A stretch of 64,000 nt of DNA from Octopus bimaculoides. Lineage: Eukaryota. The number at the start of each line of letters is the position of its first letter. Position 1 is the stretch's first letter. Below the pieces are notes generated by a model, which did not search any database, was not told the DNA's origin, and saw only the letters and a list, made by a program, of their open reading frames with translations. Below, in pieces: positions 50,200 through 62,574 of the stretch. Location: assembly GCF_001194135.2 (NCBI RefSeq), contig NC_068987.1, positions 90,687,106-90,751,105 on the forward strand, in the 5' to 3' direction. A program made the position numbers and the translations under genes.

Positions 50200-51760
50200 A
50201 TATATATAGCATATGATTATCATTGTCACCCTAATTGTACACACATACATCTTTATAAACACATATTTTTACACACAATATGATTGAGGGGAAAAAATAC
50301 TGCAGAAAAATGTTGATGCATCTATATTTTCATATTTTTGTAATTGTTCTTTTTTTTTCTTCACCTCATCTGAAATTAATATATGTGAGAAATCATCACC
50401 TATTGGTAATTTTTCTTAAACGAATGAGTAGCTGGATAATATTTGTATCTATAATTGTTTTCTTTTAGATGATAAATTTGTTCCATATATCTTCTTCATT
50501 CTTCATTTTTCTTCTACAGCTTCATAGCTTCTTCCTCTTCTTCATCTTCCTCCATTTTCTTCCTTTTCTTCTTGAGACTTCAGTTCAATTTTGTTACAAG
50601 TGTTTTGCTGTGTCTCTGTACACAGATGCTGCTGTAGATTCAATCCGTAAGCTCCTTCATCAATCTGAGAGTGGGGGGAAGCAGCAGTACACAAATGGCT
50701 TAAAAGGGGCTATAGATACTGTTCTCTCTTCTAAGGATTCCCCTAAATCCTTAGCTGTTGAGAACAGATTCAAGAGTTACCTTCTAATGTAGCATGTGAT
50801 ACATTAGCGTTCTCATGAAAGGTGAGGAAGTAAATTGTCATCAATTTAATATTATATATTATGAGCCCTTTGGGCCTTTTGGTCATTTTTAATGTCCTTT
50901 CCCTTAATATTTTCAGAGGCACTAAATTCTTTATTCACTTTAATCCTATTTGAATCAATCGAGATTGGTGTGGTGGTGCTGGTGGTGCTAGTACAGGTTT
51001 CAAATGATTAGAATGTCATACTTTAAATGGTGATTATTGCTTCCCAACAACATGGTTCCAGGTTCAGTCCCACTGTGTGGAACTTTGGGCAAGCATCTTC
51101 TACTATAACCCTGGTCCAACCAAAGCCTTGTGAAGGGATTCGATAAATGGAAACTGAAATAAATATCCTCCAGAACACCATTATGATCTCCTGACTTCTA
51201 ATTCTTCAACACAGCATCCATCTAATTATTGCTGTCATTTATCATTGATATATTTTTCAGTTATTTAACACTGTAAGTCTACAAAAGATATTATCCTGGG
51301 ATGAATACCACAATTAATTAGGCTTTTAACGATGTATCTGCATTAAGTATGATACACAGCTTGTTATTTCTCTAAAAAAAAAAAATTTGGTTTCTTTAAT
51401 CGTTGTTATTTAGCCCTGAGTCAAACTTGTTGAAACAAGCCTGGACTCATATGATCAAAGTTATTCCAACCTTGACCATCCATTTTAATATTCACACATT
51501 ACTTACATTATCTAATGTGTTCTTTTTGTAAGTTATGTGGTATAATTGTGTAGGGTTGAAGATTTGGCTGTTATTTTTAGCAAGTTAAAAATACCATATA
51601 CAGGGTTTCTTTTTAATAGTTTTGTAATTTTGTGTTGATTTACTAATAAAAATATTTTCCCCATTATCATTAAATTGAAGCCACAGATTGAAAATTTGTA
51701 AAATTCCAAGACAACAGATACATTTTCTTCCTCTAGCTTCCTTCCATGGAATGAAATACA

Positions 51761-51791
<31 letters not shown>

Positions 51792-52237
51792 GGCACACTG
51801 CAAATTGAAAATAGAAATTTTAATGATTCTAAAAAATTGATTTGATGAGGAACCGCCATAAAATGGAATTCACAAGACATTTAAAATATTGGAGAAATAT
51901 AAGTTAAGCATAGTATTTTTAATTTATTTTTCAATCTCTTTCTGTAATATAGATTCTGTTGCAAAGAAGTCCAGCTGTGAAGCTAATAATACTTTATTGA
52001 TTAAAAGGTAAAAAGAAAATCAGAGCACCTTAAGGTTACATTCAAATATGAGAGCAGCAAACCATTTTATATTCATGTTTTCCATTCTAGTATCACTGAA
52101 CATGTTTAAAGAATTATTTATGTTGTTAAGGAAATTATTATCAAATCTGGATGGCATTACATTTTATTTGTCAACAAATCAAAATGACAAACAACGATTA
52201 GAACTTGTTATTCAACCCAAGAATGCTAAGACAGAAA

Positions 52238-52625
52238 GCTAGGTGCATTCCATCAAAGATGCTTGAGAAAGGTTCAAAGAATGTACAGGCAAGACCATAT
52301 AGCCAAAGAAGGCATTCTGAAGAAAGCCAATACAAGGCCGCTTAGCGAAATCATCACAGAATGAAAATTAAAACTAGTTAGTCACATACATTGGCCACTA
52401 GAACAACACCATTGTAAGACAGCTTTCAAACGGACACTGCTGGAGGGGAAAAAGAAAGAGAGGATGACCAAAATGTACAGGGCACAGAACATTCATAATC
52501 TACATGAGAGGGGCCAATATCACAAGAGCCAGATGCAGAGAAAACTGCAACCAACAGAAACCAGTGGCATCAACTTACTGCCCAATGTGGTCAGGAGTAG
52601 AAGAGAAACTGAACACTAAGACAAG
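52238..52625 (+). mobile_element. Degenerate LINE (RTE-like) ORF C-terminal fragment
   Basis: LGAFHQRCLRKVQRM...GILKKANTRPLSEIITE*KLKLVSHIH...RG*PK: typical post-RT region. Confidence 0.7.
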
Positions 52626-52667
52626 CAGATTTATGTGACTTGCCCAGAACAATCTCTAAAATGTCTC

Positions 52668-52898
52668 TTGACTCTTCTTTAGAATTCAGATTTCTTTCTG
52701 TCAAATGTAATGCTTATTTATTCACAGTTTTGAATTAATTATGTATTATCTTGGAGCTTTGAGATTTCAATAATATGATTGTATATTTTTAGAATGACAA
52801 TGTAGGGTAGGTGTGAGAGGCCAGATCTGGTCAATTTTGACTTAAAACAGGTAGAATATTTGGGCCAGAAATAGCAGGTTTAAATGCTAAAATGTTAA
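52668..52898 (-). mobile_element. TTAA-bounded MITE, same family as 28766-28984
   Basis: Shared core gtaggtgtgagaggccagatctgg...; TTAA at 52895-52898. Confidence 0.65.
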
Positions 52899-53720
52899 AC
52901 CTTAAGGATTTTTATGGACTGGTTCTTAACTCTGATCTTATAACATTGAGCAGGTGAAAGATCCATCTTATTTGAGAATTTGTTTCAATGACTCACAAAT
53001 TGGCAGGTTTGTTTGAACATTAGATAGAATGCCATACAGTATTTGCTCCAGTTCTCTGAGACCTAAGTTGAAATCCTGACAATGGTGCCTTTTATACTTT
53101 TGAGGTTCAAAAGAATAAAGTACCAGTCAGTCTTGGGTGATGGAATGGCAAAAAGGTTCTGAAGTATCTGTTCCAGCTCTGTACACTGTGGTGGCAGCCC
53201 TTACAACAAGACTGGTGCCAAGTTGTAGAAGCCTTTCTTTTCCTTAAACATTAGTGGCAAGGAAAAAAGGAGACTTGCCTGTATGGTCAGCTGATGGTCA
53301 CCACCATGGCCAGACTTGTGTTTGCTGAACATTGGAAATGGATGACACTGCTTGTATGACAGGGACACTCATTTACAACAACCACACAAGGTCTAGACAA
53401 ATATCATAAGTTATGATGGAAAGTTTTAAACACAAATACTTTAGAATTTCAGAATTTTTAATCATAAAATAATAAGGAGTCTCAGACAATGATGATGATG
53501 ATGATGATGATGATTGCATTCTGTGTTGACATTAATACCAATCATTCTACCTTTTCAAAGACATTTGAAATATGAAATTCCCTGAAAAACAAGTGAGGGT
53601 TGGTGACAGGAAGAGCATCCAACCTAAGAATCCTACTTCAAAACCAATTCCCATCCAATCCATACCAGCATGGCAAAACAGATGATAAAATATTAAATAA
53701 ATAAAATTATATAAACTCAC

Positions 53721-53964
53721 ATCGATGTCTTTTCTAATATGTTGCTCAGCCATGTGACAAATTTTCTGTGTCTGTGTCACACTGAGTTTTGAACATTTGT
53801 TCACATATTTACTTTCCATTCCAGTTTTTGCCTTCATTTCTTGGATTTGGTCTTTTAGGTAAGCAATCATCTCATTTCGATTCTGGATCTCCCGTTCTTT
53901 TTCTTCAGTAACCTCGGCCACAAGCTTCATCAATTCCTTCAGTCTCTGATGACTGCTCTGTTCC
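53721..53964 (-). CDS. IQCG: IQCG/DRC9 internal coding exon (most 5' exon found; phase 2 start)
   Basis: Acceptor tttcttttctgtgaAG and donor GTgagt. Translates (R)EQSSHQRLKELMKLVAEVTEEKEREIQNRNEMIAYLKDQIQEMKAKTGMESKYVNKCSKLSVTQTQKICHMAEQHIRKDID, matching the recalled IQCG coiled-coil segment 'NEYIANLKDQLQEMKAK'. An alternative acceptor at 53959/53958 cannot be excluded. Confidence 0.9.
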
Positions 53965-54034
53965 CTTCACAGAAAAGAAAAGAAAAAAAAAAGCTCAAAT
54001 AAAATAATCATACAATATTATAACAAATTTATCT

Positions 54035-54450
54035 TTCATTTTTTACTTGTTTCAGTTATTAGACTGTGGCCAGGCTGGGGCACTACCTCGAAGAAATTTT
54101 AGTTGGACAAATCGACCCCAGCACTTATTTTAAATCTGACACTTATTCTATTAGTCTCTATTGCCAAACTGTTAAGTCGCAGGGGCATAAACAACCCAAC
54201 ATTAGTTATCAAGTGGTGTAGTGGTGAACAAACACACACACACACACACACACACACATATGTATATATATGTGTGTGTGTGTACAACAGTCTTCTTTCA
54301 GTTTCCATCTTGCAAACCCACTCACAGGGCTTTGGTCAGCCTAAGGCTATAGTAGAAGGTACCATAGTACCTTGCTCAAGGTACCATGAGTGGAGCTGAA
54401 CTAGGAACCATGTAGCTGGGGAGGCCAAACCTCTTACCACTCGGCCACAC
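54035..54450 (-). mobile_element. SINE family A, near full length, ~70 bp upstream of the 53964 acceptor
   Basis: Reverse complement of the A tail, (TG)n linker and head. Confidence 0.82.
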
Positions 54451-55509
54451 CATTGCCTTGTTAACATTTAATTTCTTTTTATCACAAACATCTACAATTA
54501 GCAATTATATTTTTATTTTCCAAGAGATTTCTGCAAATAGCCAAGTTCCATGAGACTATCTTGTAGAAATCTTTGACAATAAAAAAAGTTTCCTGAAAAA
54601 GAGAGAAGCATTAACTTTGGCATCATAGAATCTTTTTATGAATTAGTTATAATATGGCATGGAACCGGAAAATAGGATGATTCCACTGGTAATAAATAAA
54701 TCCTATCATGTGAATGGCAATCAAATTATCTCCAGGAAAGGTCTGGAACTAAGGTAATGGCTAAAATGTCATAAACATGACAAATCAATAATTTGAGGAA
54801 TATTAACCTCCTCTTCATCTCTGTCGCACTTTTATGTTTTAACACAATGTTTTGCAATAACTCATCGCAGAAATTTAGACACATAATCACCATTCAGTAT
54901 GAACCCAAAACTTCCAAATTATGGAGGCAACGTGAAAAAGAATGAAGGAATGGTAATAATTGGCAACTCAAACATCAGACTGCCATACTTTCTTCCACTG
55001 GTGACAGAGTAACAACTATCTAATATGACAAGACTAACAAGCTTTGATCAGTGCAACTGATCAAAGAATTTACCAATTATGGTCCCTCTCTCAAGAGGAT
55101 ATTAATCAACAACAGTAGCCACTAAGGGGTCATACTATAAAGAATTTAAGAACACTCAAGTAGTTCATATATCAGAAGATGATTGGAGATTAAACCAATT
55201 GAAACGGTGAGGAACACAGAAAAAAAAGAAAAAAAAACATTGGTAGGTGATGTTAATAGTCTGGAAAATTTAAATTAATGATCAGAGTAATATCAGCGAA
55301 TAAATTTAGTTGGGTGGCAAATCAAATTAGTAGAATGAAGAATCATGAAAGGTATTGTTCCTATGACGGCCAATAGCCATGAATGGATGCTCTGTATATG
55401 AGTAAGGAATTAATCTTTGCTGCTGCTGCTGCATCATCACCACCACCACCACCACCACCACCACCACCACATCATCATCATCATCATCAACATCATCATC
55501 ATTATTTGG

Positions 55510-56130
55510 CAAATTGGCGGAATCGTTAGCATTCCAGGCAAAATGCTCAGGAGCATTTCGTCTGTCTTTACATTCCGAGTTCAATTTCTGCCGAGGTCAG
55601 TTTTGCTTTTCATCCTTTTGGGGGTTAATCATCAATTAAATACCTGTTGCGTACTGGGTGTCGATGTAATTGACTACCCACGCCCCCTAAAATTCCAGGC
55701 TTTATGTCTTAGGCAGAAAGGATGATTATTTAACGAGTTGGCAGAATCATTAGAACATCAGAAAAAAATGCCTTGTCATGTTTCTTCTAACTCCTTATGT
55801 TCTGAGTTCAAAGCCCACTGAGGTCAACTTTGTTTTCATCTCTTCAGTACTGGGGCCAATGGTATTGACTGCACCCCTCAAAACTGTTGGCTTTGTGACT
55901 AAATCTGACTAAATCAGAAACCATTATTATTATTATTATTATTATTATAAACACACACACACACATATATATATATGATGGGATTCTTCCAGTTTCCATC
56001 TAGCAAATCCACTCACAAGGTTTTGGTTGGCTTGAGACTATAGTAGAAGACACTTACCCAAGGTGCCACACAGTGAGACTGAACCCAGAACCATGTTGTT
56101 AGGAAGCAAGCTTCTTATCACACAGCCACA
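55510..56130. mobile_element. Two tandem SINE B copies (+, 55510-55925) and a SINE A head (-, 55975-56130)
   Basis: Family-diagnostic heads and cores as above. Confidence 0.78.
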
Positions 56131-56284
56131 TTCACAAGATTCTTTTTTTTTTTTTTACTGAAATTGATAATGTTGCATTTTGTGGATGTTTCCTGTCATT
56201 AAAAACATACAAGTTGGATGTAATTTACTTTTCAAAGTTGTTAACATGTGTCAATGAGTGTTAAACAGAAAAAATATAACGTAT

Positions 56285-56469
56285 CAGATGACGATGACGA
56301 TGATGATGATGACGACGACAACGATGATGATGATGAGGAGGATGATGATGATGATGAGGATGATGATGATGATGACAATGATGACAATGATGATGATGAT
56401 GACAACGACGACAACAATGCTAATGATGATGACAAAGCTGATGATGATGATGACGGTGACGACGACGAC

Positions 56470-56501
<32 letters not shown>

Positions 56502-56612
56502 CGGCGACGACGATGATGATGATGATGACGAAGACGGTGATGCTGATGATGACGACGGTGATGATGCTGATGACGACGGTGATGATGCTGATGACGATGA
56601 TGATGATGGTAA
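56285..56612. repeat. (GAT/GAC)n microsatellite block
   Basis: Directly visible. Confidence 0.95.
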
Positions 56613-56869
56613 GTAAGGGTAATAATACTAACACTAATAACAGCTAGAAGTTGTATAACGCGAATTGTTGTGAGAAGATAGAGAAATCGGAAGACAGAAG
56701 GAAAGAGGAAGCATAAGAAGAAAGCAAGCGACTGTGACTTGGTGCAGACTTGGATGTGTAGGTAGAGGGTCTGCTATTCAACCACATGGTTCCAGGTTCA
56801 GTCTTACTGCAGGGCATTTCAAATAAAAGCCTTGTGAATAGATTTGTTATGTGGAAACTGAAAGAAGTC

Positions 56870-56914
<45 letters not shown>

Positions 56915-56924
<10 letters not shown>

Positions 56925-57405
56925 TGGCATGGTGCAGAGTCCTGTTGCCAGACATAGGGTCTTCTAGCAGCCACCTCTCTTGACCCAGGGCAGTACTACC
57001 TCCTCCAGGCACTTGTTGTAGGCCTCTGTGTTGTGTCTGAGGCCATGTGAGAAGATGAATGGAGGCATAATGTCACCATCACTAGTGATCACTCCAAACA
57101 CCATGAGGCTGACTGGGTGTTTGATTTTTATCACTCTTGGTAAATGTTTTAGGGACATGGCAAGCCAACGGCTGCTCTGTGTGTTCACCATCTGTTTGTA
57201 TTGGAGCTTCTGGCATGAATGCCAAGCAGTACAGCATGTCATTTCCAAATTTCTGGCAGAATCAATTGCATCATGGTGCTGTTTTTCTCACAAACAGTCC
57301 CCAACTGACCCCATTATACTATGTAGTTGACAAAATCAAAAACAAACAATGCACATGAAAGAAATTAAAAACATAGAATGGCAACAATTTACCCATCGCA
57401 CCCTG
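56915..57405 (-). mobile_element. Tc1/mariner-superfamily element fragment with 5' TIR
   Basis: PRVIKIKHPVSLMVFGVITSDGDIMPPFIFSHGLRHNTEAYNKCLEEVVLPWVKR, then in a shifted frame ..QQDSAPCH. The end ta-cagggtgcgatgggtaaattgttgcc sits at (TA)n. Confidence 0.82.
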
Positions 57406-57409
57406 TATG

Positions 57410-57440
<31 letters not shown>

Positions 57441-58388
57441 ATATAAAGGGCATTAACTGTGTATTAATGCCTCACACTATCGAGGGACTAAATAAGTAAA
57501 AAAACTACTAAAAATAGTTTTTTTACTTATTTNNNNNNNNNNNNNNNNNNNNNNNNNNNNNNNNNNNNNNNNNNNNNNNNNNNNNNNNNNNNNNNNNNNN
57601 NNNNNNNNNNNNNNNNNNNNNNNNNNNNNNNNNNNNNNNNNNNNNNNNNNNNNNNNNNNNNNNNNNNNNNNNNNNNNNNNNNNNNNNNNNNNNNNNNNNN
57701 NNNNNNNNNNNNNNNNNNNNNNNNNNNNNNNNNNNNNNNNNNNNNNNNNNNNNNNNNNNNNNNNNNNNNNNNNNNNNNNNNNNNNNNNNNNNNNNNNNNN
57801 NNNNNNNNNNNNNNNNNNNNNNNNNNNNNNNNNNNNNNNNNNNNNNNNNNNNNNNNNNNNNNNNNNNNNNNNNNNNNNNNNNNNNNNNNNNNNNNNNNNN
57901 NNNNNNNNNNNNNNNNNNNNNNNNNNNNNNNNNNNNNNNNNNNNNNNNNNNNNNNNNNNNNNNNNNNNNNNNNNNNNNNNNNNNNNNNNNNNNNNNNNNN
58001 NNNNNNNNNNNNNNNNNNNNNNNNNNNNNNNNNNNNNNNNNNNNNNNNNNNNNNNNNNNNNNNNNNNNNNNNNNNNNNNNNNNNNNNNNNNNNNNNNNNN
58101 NNNNNNNNNNNNNNNNNNNNNNNNNNNNNNNNNNNNNNNNNNNNNNNNNNNNNNNNNNNNNNNNNNNNNNNNNNNNNNNNNNNNNNNNNNNNNNNNNNNN
58201 NNNNNNNNNNNNNNNNNNNNNNNNNNNNNNNNNNNNNNNNNNNNNNNNNNNNNNNNNNNNNNNNNNNNNNNNNNNNNNNNNNNNNNNNNNNNNNNNNNNN
58301 NNNNNNNNNNNNNNNNNNNNNNNNNNNNNNNNNNNNNNNNNGTGTTAAATTGCTTCAGCTTTATATTACATTAATCTTAATCTTATTT

Positions 58389-58434
58389 GGGCCAGAGTTC
58401 TTTCGTCCCACTTCTGTGACCTCATCAGTGGTCC
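58389..58434 (-). ncRNA. Candidate minimal type-I hammerhead ribozyme
   Basis: Minus strand: ggacca-CTGATGA-ggtcac[agaa]gtgggac-GAAA-gaac-TC-tggccc. Stem I pairs 5/6 bp, stem II is a hairpin, and stem III is 2 bp with a 2-nt loop. Confidence 0.65.
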
Positions 58435-58648
58435 TTTGTTTCCTTCCTTCTTATGTGTGTCTCACCTTGCTAAATATCAGCCATTTTGTATTTTTGGCTA
58501 AACTGGCAATATGACCATCCCCAAGTACAACAACATCTGTTTCAACACACGATTTCACATCAAAAATCTTGCAAAACAAATATGTATATATATATATATA
58601 TATTCGTATGTGTGTATGTATGCATATATATAAATATAGGTATGCGAA

Positions 58649-58995
58649 GGCGCATGACTCAGTCATTAGAGCATCAGGCTCACAATCATGAGGTAGTTAG
58701 TTCAATTCCTGGACTGGTCAGTGTGCTGTGTTCTTGAGCAAGACACTCTATTTCACATTGCTCCAGTTCACTCGTCTGTAGAAATGAGTTGCTCAGGTGT
58801 AGAGATGACATGACTGGTGCCAAGCTGTATCAGCCTTTGTCTTTTCTTAGGATAACAGCAGTGGCATGGAGAGGGAAGGATGGGTTGCATCGGTGACTGC
58901 TGGTCTGCCATAAAAACAACCTTGTCTAGAGTTGTTTCTTGGAGGGGAACTTTCTAGGTACAAGTCCATGATTATTCATGACCAAAGAGGGGCTT
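58649..58995 (+). mobile_element. tRNA-headed SINE family C, full length
   Basis: Colinear with 32041-32375 from head to tail. Confidence 0.85.
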
Positions 58996-59061
58996 TACCC
59001 TTATGCATGCGTGTATGTCTCCATGTATGTATGTATGTATGTATGTATGTATGTATGTATG

Positions 59062-59113
<52 letters not shown>

Positions 59114-59585
59114 CATGTATGCATTTATGTATATGTGCATGTATATATGCATGNNNNNNNNNNNNNNNNNNNNNNNNNNNNNNNNNNNNNNNNNNNNNNN
59201 NNNNNNNNNNNNNNNNNNNNNNNNNNNNNNNNNNNNNNNNNNNNNNNNNNNNNNNNNNNNNNNNNNNNNNNNNNNNNNNNNNNNNNNNNNNNNNNNNNNN
59301 NNNNNNNNNNNNNNNNNNNNNNNNNNNNNNNNNNNNNNNNNNNNNNNNNNNNNNNNNNNNNNNNNNNNNNNNNNNNNNNNNNNNNNNNNNNNNNNNNNNN
59401 NNNNNNNNNNNNNNNNNNNNNNNNNNNNNNNNNNNNNNNNNNNNNNNNNNNNNNNNNNNNNNNNNNNNNNNNNNNNNNNNNNNNNNNNNNNNNNNNNNNN
59501 NNNNNNNNNNNNNNNNNNNNNNNNNNNNNNNNNNNNNNNNNNNNNNNNNNNNNNNNNNNNNNNNNNNNNNNNNNNNNNNNNNNNN

Positions 59586-59634
<49 letters not shown>

Positions 59635-59764
59635 ATGGATGTACATATGTATACGTGTATGCATGCGTGTATATATGTATTTGTGTATATATGTCTGCAT
59701 GCATGTATATTATTCACGGACACCATGTAGCACAAATATCTTAATATCTAAACCAGAATACAAC

Positions 59765-59980
59765 AGCAAGCTGGCAGAATCGTTAGCAACCCTGGCAAAG
59801 TGCTTAGCAGCATTACTTTCATCTTCATGATCCGGGTTCAAATTCCGCTGAGGTTGACTTCACTTTTCATTCTTCCAGGGTCAATGAAATAAGCACTAGT
59901 TTGAACACTGGGGTTGATGTAATTGACTTACCCTCCCACTAAGATTGCTGGCCTTGGGCCAAAATTTGAAGCCAGTATCT
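59765..59980 (+). mobile_element. SINE family B
   Basis: agctggcagaatcgttagc...gggttcaaattccgctgaggttgacttcacttttcat. Confidence 0.82.
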
Positions 59981-60370
59981 TACAAGTATCATCTGTTGAT
60001 AAATGAATTAGAATTCCTTGGTGTTATTCTCTTTCATCAAACATGTTCGTCAGAATATATTGTCAAATGTGTTTACAATTGATCGTTTGCATTACACGCA
60101 ACACCCATCCCCCACCTCATTCATCAGATCCATAAGAAACCTCCCTTCCGCACCACCATCACCACCACCACCATCATCGATCAGATGTATTACACACTCC
60201 AGCTGCTGATTTCATTGATTGGAGGAGAGATGACACACACTCCACAGCCTGTCGTCCCCTACATCAAGCTTTCTCGTCAACACTTCACAAATCAGGATCT
60301 CGTTTAATTATATTCAAATCACTGACTCTATCAAATTCAACAAACTCCTCACTTTTAACATAGCAGTTAT

Positions 60371-60374
<4 letters not shown>

Positions 60375-60417
<43 letters not shown>

Positions 60418-60800
60418 CATGCAAGCACACATGCACATACACACATGCACACACACACATGCACATAACCCCTCACACATATTCACGTGCACATACTCCC
60501 TTACACACACACACACATATGCACATACCTCCTCTCACACACATGCATACATGCACACACACACATACTCCCTCACACACACACACACACACATCACATA
60601 TCCCTCACACACACATGCATGCATGCACGCACACACACACATGCACATATCCCCTCACACACATGCATGTATGCACACACACATGCACATACACCCTCAC
60701 ACACACACACACCTGCACATACCCCTCATACACACACATGCACATATACCCTCACACGCACACACGCACACACACACATACACATACACTCACTGACACA
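60375..60800. repeat. (CT)n plus degenerate (CA)n with recurring 'atatacccctcacacacacacatgc' units
   Basis: Directly visible. Confidence 0.85.
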
Positions 60801-61404
60801 CAGAGCAACAAGTTATTGGGTTGGCAGACAAAACGTTTCTTTCTTATTTTTCATTTATTCATTACCCATCCCTCCATCTTCCCCACCCTTTCTCTTTGGA
60901 GGGTTGCAAAGGATAGAGTCCTCAGCCATCCCCTCCATAGGGTCCTATCAGAAACAACTGTCATTACACTTTCCTGCTGGATTCCCAAGCATGGCTATTT
61001 ATTTCAATTCTTTCCAATATTATTTGAATTAGCATGAAAAATGGTTTTATCATAAGGTTTATGAGGGGGTTTTTTGAAGCTCTTTTGTGTTTTTGTTTTT
61101 AAAATTTGAACTAAAATTTTACCTCTTTTCAGACATTTGACAATGATAGAGTACCAAGTTGAAAAATACAAACTAATTTATCCGACAGCCCAATATAATA
61201 TCTTCATCTTAGATTTTAAATATTAATTATCCAAAGACATTTACAAACACAATCCAAGAACAGTAAAGCGTGTTTTGAGTTCTGAAGAAGGACCTTTTTT
61301 TTGGTTTTCTTACTTTGGTTTGTTTTAGAAATTTTTAATGTAAATAAAAACACAGTGAGATGGCAGAACCATTTGCACGTTGGACAAAATGTTTAGAGGC
61401 ATGA

Positions 61405-61562
61405 CGAGCTTCTTTCAGTTTCCGTCTACCAAATCCACTCACAAAGCTTTGGCCGGCCCGAGGGTAAAGTAGAAGACACTTGCCCAAGGTTCCACACAGT
61501 GGACTGAACCTGGAACCATGTGGTTGGTAAGCAAGCTACTTACCACACAGCCATTCCTGCAC
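61405..61562 (-). mobile_element. SINE family A 5' half
   Basis: Reverse complement of the A head. Confidence 0.85.
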
Positions 61563-62427
61563 ATGTATATATATATATATATNNNNNNNNNNNNNNNNNN
61601 NNNNNNNNNNNNNNNNNNNNNNNNNNNNNNNNNNNNNNNNNNNNNNNNNNNNNNNNNNNNNNNNNNNNNNNNNNNNNNNNNNNNNNNNNNNNNNNNNNNN
61701 NNNNNNNNNNNNNNNNNNNNNNNNNNNNNNNNNNNNNNNNNNNNNNNNNNNNNNNNNNNNNNNNNNNNNNNNNNNNNNNNNNNNNNNNNNNNNNNNNNNN
61801 NNNNNNNNNNNNNNNNNNNNNNNNNNNNNNNNNNNNNNNNNNNNNNNNNNNNNNNNNNNNNNNNNNNNNNNNNNNNNNNNNNNNNNNNNNNNNNNNNNNN
61901 NNNNNNNNNNNNNNNNNNNNNNNNNNNNNNNNNNNNNNNNNNNNNNNNNNNNNNNNNNNNNNNNNNNNNNNNNNNNNNNNNNNNNNNNNNNNNNNNNNNN
62001 NNNNNNNNNNNNNNNNNNNNNNNNNNNNNNNNNNNNNNNNNNNNNNNNNNNNNNNNNNNNNNNNNNNNNNNNNNNNNNNNNNNNNNNNNNNNNNNNNNNN
62101 NNNNNNNNNNNNNNNNNNNNNNNNNNNNNNNNNNNNNNNNNNNNNNNNNNNNNNNNNNNNNNNNNNNNNNNNNNNNNNNNNNNNNNNNNNNNNNNNNNNN
62201 NNNNNNNNNNNNNNNNNNNNNNNNNNNNNNNNNNNNNNNNNNNNNNNNNNNNNNNNNNNNNNNNNNNNNNNNNNNNNNNNNNNNNNNNNNNNNNNNNNNN
62301 NNNNNNNNNNNNNNNNNNNNNNNNNNNNNNNNNNNNNNNNNNNNNNNNNNNNNNNNNNNNNNNNNNNNNNNNNNNNNNNNNNNNNNNNNNNNNNNNNNNN
62401 NNNNNNATATATATATATATATATATA

Positions 62428-62546
62428 CAGGGTGTCCACAAAGTCTGGGTACATGGGGATACTTTAAGAAATTATTACTTCTTATATTTAATTGTTTATG
62501 TCATGATCTTATTTACTCCATGTACTCAGACTTTGTGGACACCCTG
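62428..62546. mobile_element. 119-bp Tc1/mariner-type MITE inside (TA)n
   Basis: TIR of about 31 bp, cagggtgtccacaaagtctg(g/a)gtacatgg(g/a)g, at both ends; TA flanks at 62426-62427 and 62547-62548. Confidence 0.9.
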
Positions 62547-62574
62547 TATATATACACACACATCACCTTCATCA

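Noticed and set aside
52311-52365. CTGAAGA...GAAA motif pair
   Set aside because: It falls inside a LINE coding remnant (ILKKANTRPLSEII), and the flanking complementarity would sequester the core; chance match.
54510-54880. Two possible IQCG upstream exon frames (RNFFYCQRFLQDSLMEL...; ..DELLQNIVLKHKSATEMKR|GT)
   Set aside because: The first hits a stop before any donor, and the second lacks an in-frame acceptor. Similarity to IQCG is only impressionistic.
58466-58567. Exon-like 102-bp open frame on the minus strand (tttgcaAG|IFDVKSCVETDVVVLGDGHIASLAKNTKWLIFSK|GTgaga) as an upstream IQCG exon
   Set aside because: No convincing similarity to IQCG. It lies 32 nt from the hammerhead motif and looks like part of the same repeat-like segment. 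Only RNA-seq junctions could rescue it.
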